DNA of 64,000 nt, from contig JBHLMN010000008.1 in assembly GCA_048938105.1 (NCBI GenBank), positions 174,138 to 238,137 of the forward strand, given 5' to 3'. Source of the DNA: Promethearchaeota archaeon (lineage in GTDB: Archaea > Asgardarchaeota > Heimdallarchaeia > Hodarchaeales > Hodarchaeaceae). A model generated the notes under the pieces. That model was not told the origin of the DNA. It made no database searches and saw only the letters and a program-made list of their open reading frames with translations. Position numbers and translations under genes: made by a program. Below, piece by piece: positions 1 to 10,038 of this stretch (positions are counted from its first letter, which is position 1; each line of letters begins with the position of its first letter).

Positions 1-2661
1 CAAATTCAACAATGATTTATCTTGTGAGTTTCCTTCCACAAATTGCTGCCAAGAGTAACGTGGTTCATTAATTGTCACCATAGGATAATTGAATGATGTT
101 GTTATCGCATCAATGTACTGAATCATCCGTCTACAGAATTGCCAGTCGTCACCAATTTGCTGATCAGATCCTAACCACCAGAAAGCATCACTCCCTTCAG
201 CAATTGTAATATATCGCCATAATGTTTCGTTCTCAGTATCCGTTAATTCTTCCTGATGATTAACTAGGAAGTCTCGTCCTTCCATTATATAATTCCAAAG
301 TAGATTTTCGTCTGGTTCACCGTACCAAGTTGAAGTAGTCCCATCGACCCAAGATCCACCACCATAGGGAGGTGGATAATTTTTTGTATAGCTAAGCTCA
401 GATGAAGTTAGTATTTTTGTTGGAGGAATACTTTGTATAGCTTCCTCTAATGTCGCAGTTTGTATCCACCCGAGTATTTGTGATTCCTCTAAAGCAGTAT
501 ATACATATTCCAATAAATATCGTGCTGATGGGGCTCCCCAGATCATCCAATTTTCGCCATCAGCAGCTATTGTTAATACTCTATCTGAATCGCTTTCTAC
601 AACTTGTTCTTTATAGATTGAGATGAATTGTCCCATTAAATCTCGAGCAGCATCTTCTGCTGATGGATAATTATTATAAGTAAAACCTATATAATTAGAA
701 ATAGTTGTATGTCGGAAAAAAACAACCATTTTCTCCCCTGTGATAGAATCAACAACCCAATAAGGTTCATAAGGTCGATTCCCACCACCTAGGTTCACAT
801 CTGACCAGATAGTGTGGTTTATTCCATTTTTAATCCAATATGGAATGATTGGAGTATTGAAACTCATTTCTGGTTGCCATGCTCCGTGTGGATTATAATC
901 AAAAAGATTTGAAGTTACATCTTTCCCGAGAGACATTTGACGATTAATATCATCCCACCATCCCCAGTTGGCTAGAAGTGCAAAAATTGGATGATTATAA
1001 CCAGAAGTCAGTATTTCTAGTTTTCCATTTCTGCTTTGATTATGCAGAATGTCGTAATGGAGCTCAATTGTTTTATTAATGTTTTCGACCCAATCATATG
1101 TCCAGGTTCCACTATTATTCCATCCGTTTCTGGAAGCTAACCACTGTACTAGGAGGGAGGGTTGTAAATTGATGGTCACTGAAATATTGGGATGACGATA
1201 GAGATCTTCCACATGCCATAAGTAAGGTCCTTCTGTGTGGGCTTGAGCCCATGGCGCAAGAAAGTTGGGGGGATCTGTAAATGGTTCTGTATAGAATGGT
1301 TGATGTTGGTGCCAGACAAAAGATACGTACAATTTCTTCGTTGTCAAAGTTGTATCAACAATATTGAGGTTAATTGTTTTCTCAAAAACGATATTACTTC
1401 CCTCTAACACCTCTACATCTAAATTATATGAACCCATGTCCTTACTATGATTGAATATATGAACCAACGTTAAATTGCTACTGCCTGGGAATGGAAGATT
1501 CGTCCATTGGTAAATAAGTATCCTATCCAGATGTAGGTTCACTGTTACTTCTTTTTGATTCTTAGCTACATTCTCAAGAAAAATAGTTGCATTTATGTCC
1601 TGATCAGTGGTGTAAACAAACCTATCCAGACTTAGAGAACCAATAATTCCAAGCTTTTCTAAGAAGCCAGTGATCCCTGCTTCCTCCATCTCTGAAGTTA
1701 AAGGCCCTCCATATAGACTTAAACTATAAGTCACTGATTCCCCTGGAGAAAGAATCTTTTCAGAATAACACACTCGTGTTTCAATCCCCCATGAAGATGA
1801 CTCCAGTCGAAAATATTTTGTTGTATTGTGATATATCATTCCACCAAATGCTCCTTCCGACAGATCATAAATCCCTGACCATTCCAAGTCGTTCCATTGA
1901 AAGAAATTCCATGAAAGAGTCTGACCAATAGTTGATTGTCCTCCATGACTATAAGCTTGGTAGTCACTACTGTGGTCTGGCCCAATTTTACTGCCCCATC
2001 CTAAGGTATAACCCATTGGATTTCCCGTATCTTGGCCCTCTAAACCAATTGAGGATGCTGTTGGATTAGTAAAGTTGATAGTTAAATTACCCCAATGTTT
2101 ATTTTCAGCTATCTGGAATGTTATGGTAACATTAAGGCCAGCTAAATCCGAAGCAGTTCCCTCATATGTACTATTAAAAACATAGAATCCCTGAATTGTT
2201 GCTATCCCCCCCACTTCCTGTGTCACCAGATCAAATGGTGCGTCCCATAATTCTCCTGTCCAAGGTTGGTTTGTAACCCAACTCCATAATGGATACCGAT
2301 TTGTGATTAAATCTCCACCTGCACTTGACACTCCAGAGTTTGCTGCTAGTTCCGTATTCGAGGTATTATCATACCATTTTACTAACCGAAACCCATAACG
2401 AGTTATCCCAATTGTGACTACTCCAGTATTAATGATATATTCATTCCCTGGAATGTCAGGATTCAGGTCAATTTCTCTTATCATACTTTGTTGTATCTTT
2501 TTATTAAATCCAGAATTAACCTCTTTTTCCGAAAAAGAATGAAAAAGCTTTGTAGAAGACGTAATTTCATTAGAAGACGACATAAACGTCATTTCTATTA
2601 CAATCATGGGAGTTATTAATATTAAAACAACCAATATTCTGCTAAAGTCATTCTTTTTCAT
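1..2661 (-). CDS. Secreted GH57 glycoside hydrolase (amylopullulanase/alpha-amylase-like), 3' end runs off the window; paralog of 2831..6979
   Basis: Absent from the ORF track. I hand-translated several segments of the minus strand in one frame from ATG at 2661: MKKNDFSRILVVLILITPMIV (signal-like), RYPLWSWVTNQPWTGELWDAPF (shared with the paralog), GH57 motifs VWHQHQPFY, GAWQPEMSF (nucleophile Glu), AADGENWMI (acid/base Asp), AEGSDAFWW. The frame is still open at base 1; I did not check every codon in between. Confidence 0.9.
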   Translation of the reverse strand, partial: MKKNDFSRILVVLILITPMIVIEMTFMSSSNEITSSTKLFHSFSEKEVNSGFNKKIQQSMIREIDLNPDIPGNEYIINTGVVTIGITRYGFRLVKWYDNTSNTELAANSGVSSAGGDLITNRYPLWSWVTNQPWTGELWDAPFDLVTQEVGGIATIQGFYVFNSTYEGTASDLAGLNVTITFQIAENKHWGNLTINFTNPTASSIGLEGQDTGNPMGYTLGWGSKIGPDHSSDYQAYSHGGQSTIGQTLSWNFFQWNDLEWSGIYDLSEGAFGGMIYHNTTKYFRLESSSWGIETRVCYSEKILSPGESVTYSLSLYGGPLTSEMEEAGITGFLEKLGIIGSLSLDRFVYTTDQDINATIFLENVAKNQKEVTVNLHLDRILIYQWTNLPFPGSSNLTLVHIFNHSKDMGSYNLDVEVLEGSNIVFEKTINLNIVDTTLTTKKLYVSFVWHQHQPFYTEPFTDPPNFLAPWAQAHTEGPYLWHVEDLYRHPNISVTINLQPSLLVQWLASRNGWNNSGTWTYDWVENINKTIELHYDILHNQSRNGKLEILTSGYNHPIFALLANWGWWDDINRQMSLGKDVTSNLFDYNPHGAWQPEMSFNTPIIPYWIKNGINHTIWSDVNLGGGNRPYEPYWVVDSITGEKMVVFFRHTTISNYIGFTYNNYPSAEDAARDLMGQFISIYKEQVVESDSDRVLTIAADGENWMIWGAPSARYLLEYVYTALEESQILGWIQTATLEEAIQSIPPTKILTSSELSYTKNYPPPYGGGSWVDGTTSTWYGEPDENLLWNYIMEGRDFLVNHQEELTDTENETLWRYITIAEGSDAFWWLGSDQQIGDDWQFCRRMIQYIDAITTSFNYPMVTINEPRYSWQQFVEGNSQDKSLLNL

Positions 2662-2830
2662 ATTTATCCCTAAAGTCCTTTATTCTTGTTATTACGATTT
2701 TTAAAGGCTAGTGTTAAGCTTATGAATAAAAAAACAATGTTCAAAAATAGAAAACCTAGAGCTTCACTTATCGACGACTTTGAAGTTGAAAGAAAGGTGA
2801 CCATCTACCAATATTGTCCTACTCTTGGAT

Positions 2831-5800
2831 TCATATAAACTTAGAGCGTTTACGGATGATTTTAACTAGAAGTAACAATAGAAATAATGATAATGTCACT
2901 TCGAGAGCTAGAAAACCTGGAGCCCTACCTTCTGATGATGTAGTGGTCATACTAGAGGTAGTAGTTGTTGATGTTTCTATTTCAATCTTAAATTCAATCT
3001 GTAATTCCTTTGTTTGGACATTCCCAAGTGAATCTGTGGCTTCAATTTTAAGGTAAAGTGTTTCAGCATCTTGAAATGGCCCTATAATAGCTGACCAGTC
3101 ATTCTCTCCTGTTTTTATCATACTTTTACTTGTCCAATCCTTAGTAAGATCAGTCTTATATTTTAACACAACAATTTGGATTCCTGATGGATCAATCACA
3201 GTTACTGTGAATGTTATCCGATCAGTTGCTTCTGGTTCTTCTGGTGACCATCGTGCATCTTTAATACTAGGGGGAACTTCATCATTAATGAAAATATCAC
3301 TCGTGAATTCCTTTATAACGCTATCATGGAAATAACAGATGATTTTAACAATTTTTTCTCCTCCAATCAATCCTTGAACCTCAAAGTTTATAGTTGATGT
3401 CTCTAAGGCTTGAAATTGAACAGTTTTGTTAACTGGTACAATTGCTGAACCGTTAATTAATATAAGAATGGTTACAGGATAAGAAAGTGTATTTGAAAGG
3501 TTAATTCGGATAATTTTTGGTTCAGTGATATCTAAAGTTCCAACTAATTTGTTGAAAATCAAGATATCTGAACTTGGTATGGCTGTTCTAATTTGGTGAA
3601 TACTGATTACTACATCTTCTGCATTTTCAATTTCTATTGTGACCTTAAGTTCTCCAAACGTGTAAGCATTTACTTCAATAACCCATTCAAATGTAGTCAA
3701 TTGACCAATATCTATTTCATTAATTGTTTTATTATTATCTCCTTGCAACCCTTGTGGCAAATCTAAAAAGACAGTAACGTTAACCGCTTTAACAATTCCT
3801 ATATTTTTCACATTTATACCTAAGATTCCGCTTTTTCCTGGGGAAGCATTTTTAATTCCTAGATCATTGATAGATATTACACTTAATTCTGGTTCAGCTG
3901 CGTGGATAGTGAATGTATGAACTACATCATCTATGTTATCTGCAGAGATTGTTACTGTAAACTGATAAGAACCAACATCAGAGCTCACATCAAAGATCCA
4001 GTTCGCAATGTACATGTCAATAATTCCATATGCCAAGTCTTCTTGGAAAGTTATTTTATCTAAAGTTCCAATGTTGATCGTTGAAGAGTTCAACAAAGTT
4101 AATCCTGGATCTGTACTTATTACTACTCTCACATTCTGAACTGCTTCTCCTCCTCTACTTTGGATAGCGAGAGGAATGGCGAGAGATGACCCTGCTTCGA
4201 TACCATATTCTCTTGGGAGTTCTAAAGTAGCTGCATAGCCAGGATAAACAGTATCCATTGTTTGAAAATTAAAAACAGGTTTTTTAAGCCCACTTTCTGT
4301 TGTATAATACAGTTGAGGGAGTTTTTCAAATCCAAAGACAGGATCAGATAGGAAAGGCCAGAGTAAAGTCCAATCTAGTGATACGAAAGCCTTCTCAAAA
4401 TAACCAGTGATATGATCCGCCCAGTGACGAACTTTAATGAATTGACCTAAATCAGCACCAAACCCTCCAGCCCATGTTGCTTCTTCATCACGACCAGCGT
4501 AAAAAGCCCAATCAGAACTTTCAGCGTTCATAAGCCACCTCCATAGTTTTAATTCTTCTTCAACACTCAAAGATTCTCGCTCTTTATAGAAGAAATCTCT
4601 TGCTTCACTCATGTATTTCCACATATCGTTCTCAACGATTTCCCCCCGCCAATTACTGAAGGAAAATCCTTCCTTATCAGCCCAGGAACCTGATGGAACA
4701 TTTGAAAGGATTGGTGCTTCAATAGTACCATTTTTGATAAACTTCTCTAATTCTGATAATTTTAGCGATTTAATCCATCCTCGTGGTTGTTGTTCTTCCA
4801 AAGCAGAGTAGAAATTGAATAAAAGCTCATGCGCGTTTGGAGAACCCCCCATAATCATCCAATTTTCACCATCTAACGCAATAGGTAAAATTTTATTTTC
4901 TTTACCAAAATCTAACCGCTTACCTAAATAGATATCGATCATATCTCCTAATAGTCTCCTAGCATTCTCTTTCATGTCTCCCTTATTATATCCGAATGCT
5001 ATACGATCTCCAATTGGATCTTCTGCCAGTAAAATGATTTCTTTTCCGGTTTCATGTCTAACTCTATATGGAAGGAGGGGATCATTCATCCCCGAGGCTC
5101 TCAGCATAATTTCTTTATTAACAACTGTGTAAGCTATCCCTGTATCATTCAAAATTGGAATACAGTCCATAGAAAATGACATTTCAGGAAGCCAAGTACC
5201 TCTGACTGTTGTACTTAAGATACTTTCTGTAAAATTCTTCCCCATTTCCATTTGACGGTAAGCATCTTCACTAAAACCAGCTTCTATCAATAGTGGCAAA
5301 ATTGGGTGGGAATAAGGAGTTGTTGTCACTTCTAGCGGGCCATCAGGCTGGGAAAGCTCACTATATTTCTGAATAGCAAGTTTTAAATCATCTGTCGCAC
5401 GATCAGTCCAAGTTCCTGAATCGTTCCATCCATTTTGGGCTATGTACCATTGGTAGAGTAAAATTGGTACAATGTTAATAGATACATGTGCTCCTGGATG
5501 AGCTTCTAGAGCCTCCCAATGTCTTCTATACGCTCCTTGAGTGTGCAAAAGAGGCCACGGGGATGTAAATGTACCACGCCAGTCATAGTTTGCAGGATTG
5601 TGTAAATGCCATAAAAATACTGGATATAGTGTTCCTCCCTTGAAATCAACAATATTTAAGGTAACACTCCTAGGGATTTCTGCAATTCCCATTGTAGCCT
5701 TTAGTTTAAGTTCAGATCTGCCTTCAACCTTCAATACAGAAGAACTAAAAGTGTGCCACTCATTATAAGTTTCTCCTGGATTAATAGTTATATCTTGTTT

Positions 5801-6979
5801 AGTATAGATAACACCATCAGACTCGTTAAGTAATTCAATCTTATCTACCGTTGTGGCTATTGTAGCAAAATTCGTGATAGTATAGCTCGCATTTATTGGA
5901 TCATTAGAACCATAAGCAAATTTATCAATATCTAAAGTGACCCCTACTCCAACACTATCCATAAAATCATTAAAACCCGCATTTTCAATGAGAGTATTAT
6001 TCATTTTTCCTGCATAGAATGTTAATGGATAAGAAATAGATCCATTTGAGGGGATATTTTCTATTTGGAATTCCATTCGGAGCTCATTGCCAAAATCTTC
6101 TGGCCATTCGTCCCAAGATACTGTACTGTTGTGATTTTTAAATCCAGAAGCCAAACCAACTACAGGGTCATAAGTCAATAACCATTCTACATCACCAAAA
6201 TGACGATTATCTTGGTACAAGAGTGTATACCAGGCAAAAGGATCATTACCTCTTTTTTTGTAAGCATAAAAGTCATCATTCGAATCTGGTCCAATCCACC
6301 CACACCAATTAGTTGTAAATCCTATTGTGTTACCTCCGGCATCATATCCATCAAGGTTGATTGAATGGTTTGTTGGATTGATAATAAGGATTTTAACATC
6401 AAAATAAGCCTCATCAGCATAAAAAGTATAGATTTGGGTAATATTTAATCCTTCATAATAGTAATCAGGGATCCCACTCGCTGGATCATAATTTATTCCT
6501 TCCATAATATAGCTATAAGCGAATTCAACGTTTCCTGTATAAGTACCTATTGGATGAGTTCCAAGAATGGGTATAAAAGGCGCCTTAGCTAGCTCACCTG
6601 GCCAGGGTTGTTTCGTCAACCAGTTCCAAAGAGGATACCGATAGTAATTCAATGAGAATCCTGCATCAAAAACACTATGTCCATCTGCAGTAATTGCGTT
6701 AACAACACGGAGACCCTCAGTTGTTAAAGCAAAGGTCACTTCCCCTGTATCAATGACCAATTCATCTCCAGCGACCTTGTCGACTACATTCGACATAGTA
6801 ATGTTAATTGTATTTGTCTGAGAGATAGATGTAATTTTCTGTGTCCCGTCTAGTTTAATAGCTGATTGAGTTTCATTTGTTTCTTCTATAGTATTGTTCA
6901 ATGTAAAATGTGATAAATTGAATAAGATTAAGATTAATAAAACAAATCCGGTAGATCTAATACATTTCATAATAATCAC
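2831..6979 (-). CDS. Surface-anchored GH57 glycoside hydrolase with N-terminal beta-rich domain, C-terminal Ig/CARDB-like domains and PGF-type membrane anchor
   Basis: Signal peptide; WHLHNP, PYSHPILPLL, WLPEM, LDGENW, AESSDW GH57 regions; Thr/Ser linker + APGF + TM + RKRSK tail. Likely start is ATG at 6970. Confidence 0.9.
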   Translation of the reverse strand: MIIMKCIRSTGFVLLILILFNLSHFTLNNTIEETNETQSAIKLDGTQKITSISQTNTINITMSNVVDKVAGDELVIDTGEVTFALTTEGLRVVNAITADGHSVFDAGFSLNYYRYPLWNWLTKQPWPGELAKAPFIPILGTHPIGTYTGNVEFAYSYIMEGINYDPASGIPDYYYEGLNITQIYTFYADEAYFDVKILIINPTNHSINLDGYDAGGNTIGFTTNWCGWIGPDSNDDFYAYKKRGNDPFAWYTLLYQDNRHFGDVEWLLTYDPVVGLASGFKNHNSTVSWDEWPEDFGNELRMEFQIENIPSNGSISYPLTFYAGKMNNTLIENAGFNDFMDSVGVGVTLDIDKFAYGSNDPINASYTITNFATIATTVDKIELLNESDGVIYTKQDITINPGETYNEWHTFSSSVLKVEGRSELKLKATMGIAEIPRSVTLNIVDFKGGTLYPVFLWHLHNPANYDWRGTFTSPWPLLHTQGAYRRHWEALEAHPGAHVSINIVPILLYQWYIAQNGWNDSGTWTDRATDDLKLAIQKYSELSQPDGPLEVTTTPYSHPILPLLIEAGFSEDAYRQMEMGKNFTESILSTTVRGTWLPEMSFSMDCIPILNDTGIAYTVVNKEIMLRASGMNDPLLPYRVRHETGKEIILLAEDPIGDRIAFGYNKGDMKENARRLLGDMIDIYLGKRLDFGKENKILPIALDGENWMIMGGSPNAHELLFNFYSALEEQQPRGWIKSLKLSELEKFIKNGTIEAPILSNVPSGSWADKEGFSFSNWRGEIVENDMWKYMSEARDFFYKERESLSVEEELKLWRWLMNAESSDWAFYAGRDEEATWAGGFGADLGQFIKVRHWADHITGYFEKAFVSLDWTLLWPFLSDPVFGFEKLPQLYYTTESGLKKPVFNFQTMDTVYPGYAATLELPREYGIEAGSSLAIPLAIQSRGGEAVQNVRVVISTDPGLTLLNSSTINIGTLDKITFQEDLAYGIIDMYIANWIFDVSSDVGSYQFTVTISADNIDDVVHTFTIHAAEPELSVISINDLGIKNASPGKSGILGINVKNIGIVKAVNVTVFLDLPQGLQGDNNKTINEIDIGQLTTFEWVIEVNAYTFGELKVTIEIENAEDVVISIHQIRTAIPSSDILIFNKLVGTLDITEPKIIRINLSNTLSYPVTILILINGSAIVPVNKTVQFQALETSTINFEVQGLIGGEKIVKIICYFHDSVIKEFTSDIFINDEVPPSIKDARWSPEEPEATDRITFTVTVIDPSGIQIVVLKYKTDLTKDWTSKSMIKTGENDWSAIIGPFQDAETLYLKIEATDSLGNVQTKELQIEFKIEIETSTTTTSSMTTTSSEGRAPGFLALEVTLSLFLLLLLVKIIRKRSKFI

Positions 6980-7053
6980 ATGGATTGCGGCCTTTTTTGT
7001 GAATCCTTCTAGGAAATCTAAGTATTTTGTTAAACAAAATAAATCTTTAAAAA

Positions 7054-9201
7054 TCAGCTTTTACAGCTTTTCTTCCTGTTCTTTTTCATTTTTACTAATA
7101 TATAAAATATGGTAACAGGAAAAAGGATCTGAATTGTCCAACTAGGGGTTGTAGTGGAGGTATGGCTGATAGCTGACCTTGATGATGTCATTGGGAGAGA
7201 AACTCCACCTGTGATAGTAAAAAAGCCATCAGATATATCTTCTGTTATCAATCCTTCAGAACATGTCGCATTAACCTTGATTAGACAGTTTTCACTATTA
7301 ATCGCAGTAGAAACATCCCACAAGAATAGGGTTCCTGTAAGATTATCTGCTAAAAGGATCCATGAATTCCCCCTGTTATATGAATAGTATAAGGAATAGA
7401 ATACTGAATGATTCAACGTGTCTATTGATTGAGACCAAGTAATTCGAGTAGGAGATCGAAGAGTTTCTCCTCCGTTGGGAAATCGAACAGTTAGAGGGGA
7501 AAGGAGATGATTTCGGATAGTAAATGGAGTATCAGATGTATCTTCTGCAGTTAACCCCTCGATACAGGTTACATTTACTTTAATTAGGTACATTGCTCCA
7601 TTACTAACTGAGGTTGTATCCCATAAGGTTGTAGATACGGTGAGGTTGATTGCAATAGGTAACCAAAATTCCCCAATATTAGGGGAGTAATAAACTGAAT
7701 AATAAAGTGTGTGATTTAAAGAATCCTTAGAAGCAGTCCAAGTGATTGTAATTGATTCGTTAAGAAGGTCTCCCCCATTAGGGAACAGAATTATTGGAGA
7801 AGTTAGTAAGTGGTTATAAATTGTGAAACTTCCGTTGGTGGTATCTTCAGCAACTTGACCATCAGAACTATGCACCACCACTTTAATTATATACCCTGAT
7901 TTACTTGGTATAATCTTTGTATCCCAGAGATATCCTGTATTTGTAAGATTTATTTCGATTTGCTTCCAATGAATTCCCCCATCTGACGAATAATAAAGAG
8001 AATAAGTGAAATTATGTTCATATGAATCAGATCTGACTGTCCAAATAATGATAGATTGACCTGAGAGGATTTCACCTCCATTTGGAATTAAAATATTGCC
8101 TTTAAATCCTCCAGCTGACTTATATGGCTCTGCTATTCTTCTGAGTTTAGTTATTACCCCATGGTGATCAGAAACCTCTCCAATAACCTCTGGGCTGAAA
8201 ATGATTTGAGAGGCGTTAACAATATATGAGTCATTTTTTTTCATGAAAACATAATCAATTCTGCCAGGAAATGATCCTTTTACAGTATCATATTTTGACT
8301 CTTCCTCTGAGGGCTTTTTCTGATTGGCTTCAGGATAGATTTCATAAAATGTGTCGATATAAGTATTATTCTCCATCATGGTTTTGTAGCCATCACTCCA
8401 CGGATCATCACTTGTTGGATTAACATTAAAATCACCACATACAATTGAAAGTACAGGTTCACTAGTTTCTACTTCTTTTTCTGCAACAAACGCCTTGAGA
8501 CTTCTTATTTGAGTGTTTTGTTCCTCATCAGTTTCAGTGGTACGCCAAGATAGATGGGTAGAAAAGATGTTTACTTTCCCGATCAAAGGAACGTCAACAT
8601 TAGCGTGAATGGCCATTCGTGAGGCTAATGGATTACCTTTATCGGTAGAAGTAGATACATAACGACTTTCCCAGTCCAAAATCGGATACTTGCTTAAAAC
8701 CGCTACTCCTTCTTCGTAGACACCAAACCCAATATGAGCCCAATCCCAAACAAAATAATAATCCTTTTGATAGTTTTCCTTCAATCGTTGACAAATAATG
8801 TAAGCCATATTATCAATACGGAGAGTGCTGTTTTCAGTTAATTTTGGTTTATTCCAGCGTTGAGCACATTCTTGTAAGGCAATAAAATCCATGTTTAATT
8901 CAGCAATGGTATCCACAATCATATCAAATTTTATTTCTTGATTTTCTTCCTGATAGGTATGCATATTCAAAGTCATGACGAGAAGTTCGTTATTTCTGCA
9001 TTTGTATATGGTAGAATTAAGACCAGAAATAGGTTCATTTTTAACAATCCTTCTTACCATATTATTTCCATCCGATGTCAAGTTTGAAAATGGCAAGTAT
9101 TCGTTATCAGATAGACTAAAAAATAATAAATCTTGAAAACCTAGTAATATTAGATTAAATGCTAATAATCCCAAAATTAATTGATAGAGTATGTTTTTCA
9201 T
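7054..9201 (-). CDS. Surface-anchored EEP-family phosphatase (MapP/RgfB-like, maltose-6'-phosphate phosphatase family) with three Ig-like repeats
   Basis: TLNMHTYQEENQ, IALQE, AHIG..YEEGVAVLSKYPI, THLSW, GDFN, RIDYVF, SDH; three PNGG repeats; N-terminal hydrophobic leader; TPSW-TM-basic tail. Confidence 0.82.
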   Translation of the reverse strand: MKNILYQLILGLLAFNLILLGFQDLLFFSLSDNEYLPFSNLTSDGNNMVRRIVKNEPISGLNSTIYKCRNNELLVMTLNMHTYQEENQEIKFDMIVDTIAELNMDFIALQECAQRWNKPKLTENSTLRIDNMAYIICQRLKENYQKDYYFVWDWAHIGFGVYEEGVAVLSKYPILDWESRYVSTSTDKGNPLASRMAIHANVDVPLIGKVNIFSTHLSWRTTETDEEQNTQIRSLKAFVAEKEVETSEPVLSIVCGDFNVNPTSDDPWSDGYKTMMENNTYIDTFYEIYPEANQKKPSEEESKYDTVKGSFPGRIDYVFMKKNDSYIVNASQIIFSPEVIGEVSDHHGVITKLRRIAEPYKSAGGFKGNILIPNGGEILSGQSIIIWTVRSDSYEHNFTYSLYYSSDGGIHWKQIEINLTNTGYLWDTKIIPSKSGYIIKVVVHSSDGQVAEDTTNGSFTIYNHLLTSPIILFPNGGDLLNESITITWTASKDSLNHTLYYSVYYSPNIGEFWLPIAINLTVSTTLWDTTSVSNGAMYLIKVNVTCIEGLTAEDTSDTPFTIRNHLLSPLTVRFPNGGETLRSPTRITWSQSIDTLNHSVFYSLYYSYNRGNSWILLADNLTGTLFLWDVSTAINSENCLIKVNATCSEGLITEDISDGFFTITGGVSLPMTSSRSAISHTSTTTPSWTIQILFPVTIFYILVKMKKNRKKSCKS
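7210..8100 (-). repeat. Three tandem ~101-aa (303-nt) Ig-like 'PNGGE' domain repeats inside the EEP protein
   Basis: The Pro codon of PNGG begins at 8085, 7782 and 7479 (exact 303-nt period). Each unit has W..S.D, YS.YYS...G..W, WD, IKV and ED.S.G.FTI. Confidence 0.88.
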
Positions 9202-9309
9202 ATTTTTATCCTACCTAGGATAGGTGAAAAGTGATATTCATTAATACTAATAAGGGTCTCCCTGAGATTCTCACAAGAAATCAAATAATATCAGAAAATT
9301 CTGTATCTT

Positions 9310-9966
9310 TTGAGGAATAATACCATGGCCAATCACCTCCCTCCAAAATTGACTCCTAAAATTATTTTGGAAGGAACCCGTTTAACTCAAAAAACTAGAA
9401 TCGCTTTTAAACTAAATGAACATCCAAAGATTGTTGGGCCAAGAAAATATCGTTATCATTCTCCTGTTATTTCAGCAGAATGGTGTGGTTTTACTAACTT
9501 TCCCTGGGGAAGAGGCCTCATTAATTTTGAACCTTTCGAAGAAAAGAAGGCACTAGAAACTTATCGTACTTGGATTAAACTCCTTGAATTACTCAAATAT
9601 TATTCATGGATTGTTGATCGGTTCCATGTGAGTACTATCGTATACCAAGCTCGTCTGGGTCGTCATTATAACTTTAATTGGCTTGAGAAAAGACTAAAAT
9701 CACTCGGTTTCTGTATAATATTATGCACAAGATCCCCTGAGAGCTTCAAAAGAGCCAGAGACGAAAGAATTAAGATTTCTGGTAATCCTAAACAATATGA
9801 TGATCTTACAGTTTTCATTAATGAACAGGATGAGTTTAGAAGTGCCATTTCTGAATCGATTCTACCACATCATGAAATTGATGTTTCTGATGATGATCTT
9901 GATAGAGTTTGTGATGAAATAGCTGACTGGTTAGCGAAAAATTACCTTTTAGGTCTCTATGAATGA
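9310..9966 (+). CDS. Thymidylate-kinase-like P-loop protein of unknown function
   Basis: IILEGTRLTQKT (degenerate Walker A), WIVDRFH (TMK-type DR motif). GAGGA SD precedes the likely ATG at 9325. Confidence 0.6.
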   Translation: MRNNTMANHLPPKLTPKIILEGTRLTQKTRIAFKLNEHPKIVGPRKYRYHSPVISAEWCGFTNFPWGRGLINFEPFEEKKALETYRTWIKLLELLKYYSWIVDRFHVSTIVYQARLGRHYNFNWLEKRLKSLGFCIILCTRSPESFKRARDERIKISGNPKQYDDLTVFINEQDEFRSAISESILPHHEIDVSDDDLDRVCDEIADWLAKNYLLGLYE

Positions 9967-10038
9967 GTTTGTTTTATCTATGAATTATATCTTCCAATAT
10001 ATCAGTTTAAGTAAAAGCCTGGATCCAGTATCTTCATG

